Shown: positions 28,664 through 35,059 of the stretch, in pieces
Position numbering within the stretch: the stretch's first letter is position 1
Layout of the letters: every line of letters begins with the position of its first letter
Assembly (NCBI GenBank): GCA_023390675.1
Contig: JAEWCK010000049.1
Span: 1 to 35,059 of the forward strand
From: Pseudomonadota bacterium
Lineage (GTDB): Bacteria > Pseudomonadota > Alphaproteobacteria > Sphingomonadales > Sphingomonadaceae
Reading direction: 5' to 3'
DNA length: 35,059 nt
Position numbers and translations under genes: made by a program
The notes under the pieces: generated by a model
What the model was told of the DNA's origin: nothing
The model's input: the letters and a program-made list of their open reading frames with translations, nothing else
The model's database searches: none

Positions 28664-29984
28664 ATGCGCCCGTCCGATCTTCGCGTACTCATCGACCGGT
28701 GGCTGCCCGACAGCGCCGAAGGCGTCCTCTCGACTGCGAGGCGGCGGATCGCGACCGGACTCGGCGCAGTGCTGCTCGGCCTCATCGCATTGCTCTTCGC
28801 GATGCTCGGCGACCGGATGCAAGCGACATTCACCTCGATAGTGGATCGTTGGCCCTATGCGCCACTGCTGCTTACGCCACTGGTCTTCGCGGGTACGGCG
28901 TGGGTTACCAGGCGTTGGTTCGCGCCGGCCCGCGGATCGGGCATTCCGCAAGTTATCGCCGCCGCGCGCGATCCCGAATCGACGCCCGTGCGCCCGCTGG
29001 TATCGCTGCGCACCGCGGCGGCAAAGTTCGGGCTCACGCTCGCGATGCTGCTCGGCGGCGGATCGGTGGGCCGCGAAGGGCCTACGGTACAGATCAGTGC
29101 GGCGATTATGATCGCGGTCCACCGATTCTTCCGCGTACCGCTGACCGCGGGCGTCTATATCGCCGGGGGCGCCGCGGGCGTCTCGGCGGCGTTCAACACG
29201 CCGCTGGCCGGAGTGGCCTTCGCGATCGAGGAGCTCGCTTCGGCCTATGAGCAACGCGTCGCGGTGCTGGTGATGGCCGCGGTGATGATCGCTGGGTTCG
29301 TCAGCCTCGGCGTTGCAGGCGACTATGTCTATTTCGGCGCGATGCGGCAGACGTTGCCGCTCGCCTCGATGCTGCTGGTCGTGCCTGCGCTGGCGGTGGT
29401 CGGCGGGCTATCCGGGGGTCTTTTCGCGCGCGCCGTGCTCGGTTTCGGGCGTTCGCGGCACCGCATCGTCGCTGCGACGCGCAGTCGGCCGGTGCTGCTC
29501 GCTCTCGGCTGCGGCGCGGTGGTGGCCGTTCTCGGCGTCCTCACCGGCACGACTTGGGGCACGGGCTACGCGACTACACGCGAGCTGGTCGAGGGCCATG
29601 GCGCCTCGCTCTGGTTCGGCCCGGCCAAGCTGATGACCACGCTCGCCACGACGTTGAGCGGCACGCCCGGCGGCATTTTCGCGCCATCGCTTGCCGCCGG
29701 GGCGGGAATCGGCAACCTCCTTTCGCCACTCTTCGATGCGCCCCCGGGCACGTCGTGCTCGGCATGGCCGCATATTTCGTCGGCGCGGTGCGCGCGCCGC
29801 TGACCGCGGTGATCATCATCAGCGAAACGACCGCGAGCCGCGGCCTGATCTGCCCCTCTTCGCCACGGCATTGATAGCGGATGCCGTCAGCGCGCTCGTC
29901 TGCCGCGAGCGGCTGTATCACGGACTGTCGCGCGCATTCCTGCCCGACGCAAGGGAACCCGATCGCCACCCGCCCGTTCCCTAG
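28664..29984 (+). pseudogene. ClC family chloride/proton antiporter with two frameshifts near the 3' end
   Basis: GSGIP, GREGP, AAFNTPLAG..FAIEE and GIFAP motifs. The C-terminal GMAAYFVGAVRAPLTAVII and LPLFATALIA...LYH segments lie in successive -1 frames (about 29750 and 29850). May be an assembly error. Confidence 0.8.
29954..29978 (+). promoter_or_regulatory. EcfG/sigmaT general stress response promoter of otsB-GH15-otsA
   Basis: Exact GGAAC-N16-CGTT (29954-29958, 29975-29978), inside the last codons of the ClC gene. Confidence 0.75.
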
Positions 29985-30039
29985 AAGGGCGCGGGCGCGG
30001 CGATCACGTTCGCCCATTCATCAGAAGTAGGGGCGACAC

Positions 30040-30789
30040 ATCTCGATCGGCCGAACCGAACTCGTATACCCGCCCGCCTCGCTGCTCAGCGGCGCGAGCC
30101 TGTTTCTCGATTTCGACGGGACGTTGGTCGATCTCGCCGACCGACCCGACGACGTGGTCGCCGACGAGGATCTGCGCAACTTGCTCGCCCGGCTTAACGT
30201 GCGGCTCGGCGGACGGCTGGCGGTGGTCAGCGGCCGCTCGATCGCGCAGCTCGATGCGATGCTGGGGCCGGTCGCGCGCGAAGTCGCGCTCTCCGGCAGT
30301 CATGGATGTGAACATCGGTGGCAAGGTATTTCTGCGCAGCCGCACCGCCCCGCGGAGCTCGACACCGCGGCTGAGCGGCTTCGCCCCTTCGCCGATCGCT
30401 TCGCCGGCGCGCTGCTCGAGGAGAAGAGCTACGGAGTCGCGCTGCACTACCGGCTCTGTCCCGACGCCGAGGAGGAAGCAGTCAAGCTCGCCTGGCACGT
30501 CGCACACGACCTCGATCTCGATCTCCAGGGCGGCAAGATGATGATCGAGCTGCGCGTGCGCGGCGGTGACAAGGGACTGGCGGTGCGGCGGATGATGCGC
30601 CTCGCGCCGATGAGGGGCACCGCGCCCCTGTTCATCGGCGACGACCGTACCGACGAGGACGGCTTTGCCGCCGCCGCCGAACTGGGAGGCGCGGGGATCT
30701 TCGTCGGCGCGCCGCGCGTGACTGCCGCGCGCTATCTGCTCGAAAATCCGGCCGCGGTGCGCGCCTGGCTCGCGCAGGCGATCTCGTGA
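30040..30789 (+). CDS. otsB: Trehalose-6-phosphate phosphatase (HAD); start codon uncertain
   Basis: FLDFDGTL (30103-30126), VVSGR, GSHG.E, DKG and FIGDDRTDEDGF motifs. The catalytic motif lies upstream of the ORF-track start. Start is tentatively placed at ATC 30040. Confidence 0.88.
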   Translation: MSIGRTELVYPPASLLSGASLFLDFDGTLVDLADRPDDVVADEDLRNLLARLNVRLGGRLAVVSGRSIAQLDAMLGPVAREVALSGSHGCEHRWQGISAQPHRPAELDTAAERLRPFADRFAGALLEEKSYGVALHYRLCPDAEEEAVKLAWHVAHDLDLDLQGGKMMIELRVRGGDKGLAVRRMMRLAPMRGTAPLFIGDDRTDEDGFAAAAELGGAGIFVGAPRVTAARYLLENPAAVRAWLAQAIS

Positions 30790-32582
30790 CCGCGACGCTC
30801 GATCTCTGGCCGATCGGCAATTGCCAGGTATCGGCGCTGGTAGACCGCAACGGCCGGTTCGTCTGGGGCTGCGTCCCACGCGTCGATGGCGATCCCGCCT
30901 TCTCCTCGCTGCTCGATCCGGCTCCTCGTTCAGGCGAAGGCGCGCGCGGCTTCTGGGAAATCGACCTCGAGGACTGCGCGCGCACCGAGCAGCACTATCT
31001 GCGCAACACTGCGGTGCTCGTAACGCGGCACATCGACGCGGCGGGAAACGCAATCGAAGTGACCGACTTCTGTCCGCGCTTCCGCCGCACGGGGCGCATG
31101 TATCGCCCGGTTGCGTTCGCGCGCATCGTGCGCCCCGTCGCGGGTTCGCCGCGGATCCGCATCCGCCTGCGTCCCGCGCGCGACTGGGGCTCCGCCGATG
31201 CCGCGACGACGCGCGGCTCCAATCATATCCGCTATCTACTCGCGGACGTGGTGCTCAGGCTCAGCACGGACGCGCCGATCGGCTGGATCGAGGACGAGCG
31301 GCTGTTCCGCGTCGAACGCGACCTGCACTTCTTCCTCGGCCCCGACGAGAGCTTCGCCGAGGATATCCGCGTCGCGCTCGAGACGATGCTCGACCGCACC
31401 GCGCAGGAATGGCGCGAATGGGTGCGCGGGCTTGCCACGCCGCTCGAATGGCAGGAGGCCGTGATCCGGAGCGCGATCACGCTCAAGCTCTGCCAGCACG
31501 AGGAGACCGGCGCGATCGTCGCCGCGCTAACCACGTCGATTCCCGAACATGCCGGGTCGCAGCGCAACTGGGACTATCGCTACTGCTGGATTCGCGACGC
31601 CTATTACACCGTCCAGGCGCTCAACCGCCTGGGCGCGCTCGACGTGTTGGAGAGCTATCTGGAATATCTCCGCAACATCGTCGACAATGCCAGGGGCGGA
31701 CACATTCAGCCGCTCTACGGCGTCGGCGGCGAGGCGCGGATCGAGGAACGGATCGCGCCGGGGCTTAGCGGGTATCGCGGAATGGGGCCGGTTCGCGTCG
31801 GCAACCAGGCTTACGACCAAGTCCAGCACGACGCCTATGGCCAGATCGTCCTGTCGAACACGCAGAGCTTCTTCGATCAGCGGCTGTTCCGCATGGGCGG
31901 CATCGCCGACTTCGAGGCGCTGCAGGCGATCGGCGAGCGCGCCTGGGAGGTCCATGACAAGCCCGATGCCGGACTGTGGGAGCTGCGCACCAAGAGCCAT
32001 GTCCATACCTATTCGGTGGCGATGTGCTGGGCTGCGTGCGACCGGCTCGCCAACGCCGGGGCCCGGCTGGGCCTGGCCGATCGCGCCGCCTTCTGGCAGC
32101 GCCGCGCCGATCATATCCGCACCACTATCGAGCAGGCTGCGTGGTGCGAGCATACATCGCGCATGTCCGCCACCTTCGGCGGCGACGATCTGGACGCCAG
32201 CCTGATCCAGCTGCTCGACCTGCGCTTCCTCCCCCCCGATGATCCGCGCTTCCGCGGCACCCTGATGGCGGTGGAGGAAGGCCTTCGCCGCGGCAGTCAC
32301 ATGCTGCGCTACGCCACCGAAGACGATTTCGGCCTGCCCGAGACCGCGTTCAACGTCTGCACTTTCTGGCTGATCGAGGCGCTGCACGCGACCGGCCGGA
32401 TCGCGGACGCGCGCGCGTTGTTCGAGGAGATGCTGGGCCGGCGGACCGCCGCGGGGCTTCTTTCCGAGGATATCGATCCCCAGACTGGCGAGCTCTGGGG
32501 CAATTACCCGCAAACCTATTCGCTTGTCGGCATGATCAACTGCGCGGTGCTGCTAAGCAAGCCGTGGAGTTCGATCCGATGA
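30786..32582 (+). CDS. Glycoside hydrolase family 15 (trehalase/glucoamylase-like)
   Basis: IGNCQ.SALV, TGAIVAALTTSIPE, RNWDYRYCWIRD, PDAGLWE.R, GLLSED and LWGNYPQTYS motifs. Overlaps both neighbours. Confidence 0.93.
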   Translation: MTATLDLWPIGNCQVSALVDRNGRFVWGCVPRVDGDPAFSSLLDPAPRSGEGARGFWEIDLEDCARTEQHYLRNTAVLVTRHIDAAGNAIEVTDFCPRFRRTGRMYRPVAFARIVRPVAGSPRIRIRLRPARDWGSADAATTRGSNHIRYLLADVVLRLSTDAPIGWIEDERLFRVERDLHFFLGPDESFAEDIRVALETMLDRTAQEWREWVRGLATPLEWQEAVIRSAITLKLCQHEETGAIVAALTTSIPEHAGSQRNWDYRYCWIRDAYYTVQALNRLGALDVLESYLEYLRNIVDNARGGHIQPLYGVGGEARIEERIAPGLSGYRGMGPVRVGNQAYDQVQHDAYGQIVLSNTQSFFDQRLFRMGGIADFEALQAIGERAWEVHDKPDAGLWELRTKSHVHTYSVAMCWAACDRLANAGARLGLADRAAFWQRRADHIRTTIEQAAWCEHTSRMSATFGGDDLDASLIQLLDLRFLPPDDPRFRGTLMAVEEGLRRGSHMLRYATEDDFGLPETAFNVCTFWLIEALHATGRIADARALFEEMLGRRTAAGLLSEDIDPQTGELWGNYPQTYSLVGMINCAVLLSKPWSSIR

Positions 32583-33979
32583 GCCGATTGATCGTGGTGT
32601 CCAATCGCGTGTCGCCACCGGGCGGCGGCAACGCCAACCAAGGGGGGCTCGCAGTCGCGCTCGCCGCCGCGCTGCGCGAGAGCGACGGCATCTGGTTCGG
32701 CTGGTCGGGCGAGGAAGTCGAGACCTTCACCGGCGAGATCGACTATCGGTGCAACGAAGGCGTCACGACCGCGACGATCGACCTCGAGCCGCAGGACACC
32801 GAGGAATATTATAACGGCTACGCCAACCGCACCTTGTGGCCGCTCTTCCACTATCGGATCGACCTGGCGGAATATGAGCGCAGCTTCGCGGGCGGCTATG
32901 CCCGGGTGAACGCCCGCTTCGCCGACACGCTGCGCCCGCTGATCGGCGGAGGCGATATCGTCTGGGTGCACGATTACCACCTGATTCCGCTCGGCCGCGA
33001 GCTTCGCGCGCGCCGTTGTGCCAACCGGATCGGCTTCTTTCTCCACATTCCATGGCCGCCGCGCCGCCTGCTGCTGACGCTGCCCAGCCACAAGCCGCTG
33101 GTCGAATCGCTATTCTCCTATGACGTGATCGGTTTCCAATCGCGTGACTCGCTCGAGGCGTTCCTCGACTATGTCCGCGGCGAACTCGATCTGTCGGTCG
33201 AGGAGGACGAGACCGCGTCGATCCGCGTCGGCGAGCGGCTGGTCCGCGCGATCGTCTGCCCGATCGGCATCGACGCGGCCAAGTTCCGCAGCCTCGCCGA
33301 CGCGCCGGAGACGCAGGTCAAGCGCCGGGCAATGCTCGAGAGCGCCAACGGCCGCGCGATGATCATCGGAGTCGATCGGCTCGATTATTCCAAGGGCTTG
33401 CAGGAGCGCTTCCTCGGCTATGAGCGCTTCCTGGCCGCGCATCCCGAATTGCACGAGCAGGTCTTCCTGCTCCAGATCGCGCCGCCCTCCCGCGTCGATG
33501 TCGACAGCTATCAGGAGATCCGCGCTTCGCTCGATGCGCTGTCGGGCCGGATCAACGGCGCCTGTGCGACTGCCGAATGGGTGCCCATCCGCTACGTCAA
33601 TCAGGGCTATCCGCGCGACGAACTCGCTGCGATGTACCGCGCGGCGCGGATCGGACTGGTGACACCGCTGCGCGACGGGATGAACCTGGTCGCCAAGGAA
33701 TATGTCGCCGCGCAGGATCCCGAGGATCCGGGCGTACTCATCCTTTCCCGCTTCGCCGGCGCCGCAGCCCAGCTGAAGGAAGCACTGCTGGTCAATCCCT
33801 ACAGCGCGGAAGATGTGGCGGACGCGATAGCATCCGCACTCACGATGCCGCGCGAGGAACGGATAAAGCGCTGGCGCTCGATGATGGCGAATATCAAGCG
33901 CGAGGATGTCATGTGGTGGATGAAGCGTTTCGTCACGGAATTGGGCGCAGGGGCAGGCGCCTTGCTCGAGGGCGTTTAG
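32579..33979 (+). CDS. otsA: Trehalose-6-phosphate synthase (GT20)
   Basis: MSRLIVVSNRV, GGLAVAL, WFGWSG, YYNGYAN..LWPLFHY, WVHDYHL, GVDRLDYSKG and DGMNLVAKEY motifs. Confidence 0.96.
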   Translation: MSRLIVVSNRVSPPGGGNANQGGLAVALAAALRESDGIWFGWSGEEVETFTGEIDYRCNEGVTTATIDLEPQDTEEYYNGYANRTLWPLFHYRIDLAEYERSFAGGYARVNARFADTLRPLIGGGDIVWVHDYHLIPLGRELRARRCANRIGFFLHIPWPPRRLLLTLPSHKPLVESLFSYDVIGFQSRDSLEAFLDYVRGELDLSVEEDETASIRVGERLVRAIVCPIGIDAAKFRSLADAPETQVKRRAMLESANGRAMIIGVDRLDYSKGLQERFLGYERFLAAHPELHEQVFLLQIAPPSRVDVDSYQEIRASLDALSGRINGACATAEWVPIRYVNQGYPRDELAAMYRAARIGLVTPLRDGMNLVAKEYVAAQDPEDPGVLILSRFAGAAAQLKEALLVNPYSAEDVADAIASALTMPREERIKRWRSMMANIKREDVMWWMKRFVTELGAGAGALLEGV

Positions 33980-34007
33980 CGCTTGGAGCGCTTGGAGCGC
34001 TTGGAGC
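33978..34007. repeat. 9-bp tandem repeat (AGCGCTTGG) x3.3
   Basis: AGCGCTTGG AGCGCTTGG AGCGCTTGG AGC, starting within the otsA stop codon. Confidence 0.85.
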
Positions 34008-34236
34008 CGAAGGCGCCACCGGCGCGATCGGGGCGGCGACGGGTGCGTCTGCAAGTGACCATTTGCGGGGACTCATTGCGGCAAGGACTGCGCGTACAGC
34101 CAATGGCCGAGGGATGAAAATCGTACTGCGTCTGCTCGTTCGTTCCGGGGTAGGTGAATGAAGTTGTACGAATAAATGAGATGACGCGGGTTTGCGCTTG
34201 GCGTAAATCGCCACTTCCCGGGGTGGGACGCGTCTC

Positions 34237-35059
34237 TTGTTTATTATATGGGCGGGGCAGGACGCCGCGCAGCAAGCTCATGCTCAGCAGAATTTGCCGG
34301 CCGCGCAGTTGCCGGCCGGTGAAGCGCGCCCGCTCGACATCGATTTCGCGCAGGATCCGATCCTTGCGCTGCGCAGGCAGCAGGCCGACCGCGAAAGCTT
34401 TCAGGCGCTGGTGGGAAGGACGGTGCGCCGCCATCCGGCGACCCGCGAGGCCGAGGCGATGGAGGATGTCGCCGATGCGCGTGTGCACCAGGAACATTCG
34501 GCGCTGCTGCCCAGTCTCGACGTGTCGGTGTCCAGCTATCGCGTGCTGGCGCGCGACTTCTCGAACGATCCCAATAACATCATCGAGCGCTCGCGTGCCG
34601 AGCAGCGCACCGACGCGATCCTGTCGCTGTCGCAGAACGTGCTCGACTTCGGATCGACCACCAAGCGCATCGAGGCCGCGAAGGACCGCCGCGAGGCGGC
34701 GACCGCCGATACCGAATCGACCGAGGAACGCGTCGCGCTGGGCACCGTCACGGCGTGGTACCAGGTGTTCGGGATGCGCGCGCTGGTCCGGCTCGGCGAA
34801 GGATTTGCCGAAAGCCAGCGCGACCTGCGCAAGGGCGTCGAGCAGCGCATTCGCGACGGCGCTTCGGCCGAGAGCGAACTGGCGCGAGTCGATTCCTACA
34901 TCGCCGATGCCGACCGGCAACTTGCCGGCTTTCGCCGCGCGCTCGCCGATGCCGAGGCACGATTCCGCGAGCTGACCGGCGAGGAGCCGCCCGCCACGCT
35001 CGAGCGCGCTCCGGTGCCCGCGCTTCTGGTCGCCAGCCGCGACGAAGCCGCCGAGGCCG
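34237..35059 (+). CDS. TolC family outer membrane protein (5' part; runs off the window; start uncertain)
   Basis: Frame +1 is open from after TAA 34204 to the window end: ...VRRHPAT.EA.A...LLPSLDV...LSQNVLDFGST.KRIEAA...VALGTVTAWYQV...R...G.SAE.ELAR...FRELTG, a TolC repeat pattern. Absent from the ORF track because it has no stop. Confidence 0.82.
   Translation, partial: MFIIWAGQDAAQQAHAQQNLPAAQLPAGEARPLDIDFAQDPILALRRQQADRESFQALVGRTVRRHPATREAEAMEDVADARVHQEHSALLPSLDVSVSSYRVLARDFSNDPNNIIERSRAEQRTDAILSLSQNVLDFGSTTKRIEAAKDRREAATADTESTEERVALGTVTAWYQVFGMRALVRLGEGFAESQRDLRKGVEQRIRDGASAESELARVDSYIADADRQLAGFRRALADAEARFRELTGEEPPATLERAPVPALLVASRDEAAEA

Noticed and set aside
28664..29984. Fluoride exporter (CLC-F) with a fluoride riboswitch
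   Set aside because: The selectivity motifs are GSGIP/GREGP (chloride type), and no riboswitch-like leader was recognised.
33978..34007. Possible CRISPR array
   Set aside because: The 9-bp units have no spacers and there are no cas genes.
34154..34975. 273-aa ORF listed in the track
   Set aside because: Low-complexity Arg/Ser/Cys-rich translation. The overlapping +1 frame encodes the TolC-like protein.

Overview
This is a GC-rich alphaproteobacterial chromosome segment, with gene content and order typical of Sphingomonadaceae (inferred, not database-checked). It has four blocks. (1) 1-7202 is a housekeeping stretch: a Tat-exported alpha/beta hydrolase, an LprI-like protein, tlyA-tspO-ubiK-ybjN-proC, a hemerythrin-domain gene with an EcfG-type promoter, a divergent marR/ilvE pair and tRNA-Gln(TTG). 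(2) 7418-22462 holds a frameshifted DUF4336 gene, then a minus-strand alginate utilisation locus: TonB-dependent receptor (TBDR), PL6 lyase, PL17 oligoalginate lyase, ExuT-like MFS, DEH-reductase-like SDR, SGNH esterase, a second TBDR and a FadR/GntR regulator. A repeated operator motif overlaps sigma70-like promoters in this locus. (3) 22762-33979 is an ion/osmotic-stress cluster: a kinase-less KdpD-like sensor, a coupled DUF389(+OmpA-like tail)-NhaP-SLC13/TrkA-C operon, a ClC transporter with two frameshifts, and otsB-GH15-otsA behind a perfect EcfG promoter. otsB has no canonical start codon. (4) From about 34237 a TolC-family gene, missing from the ORF track, runs off the window. I saw no CRISPR array, integrase, transposase or rRNA. 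All family assignments come from motif recognition by eye.
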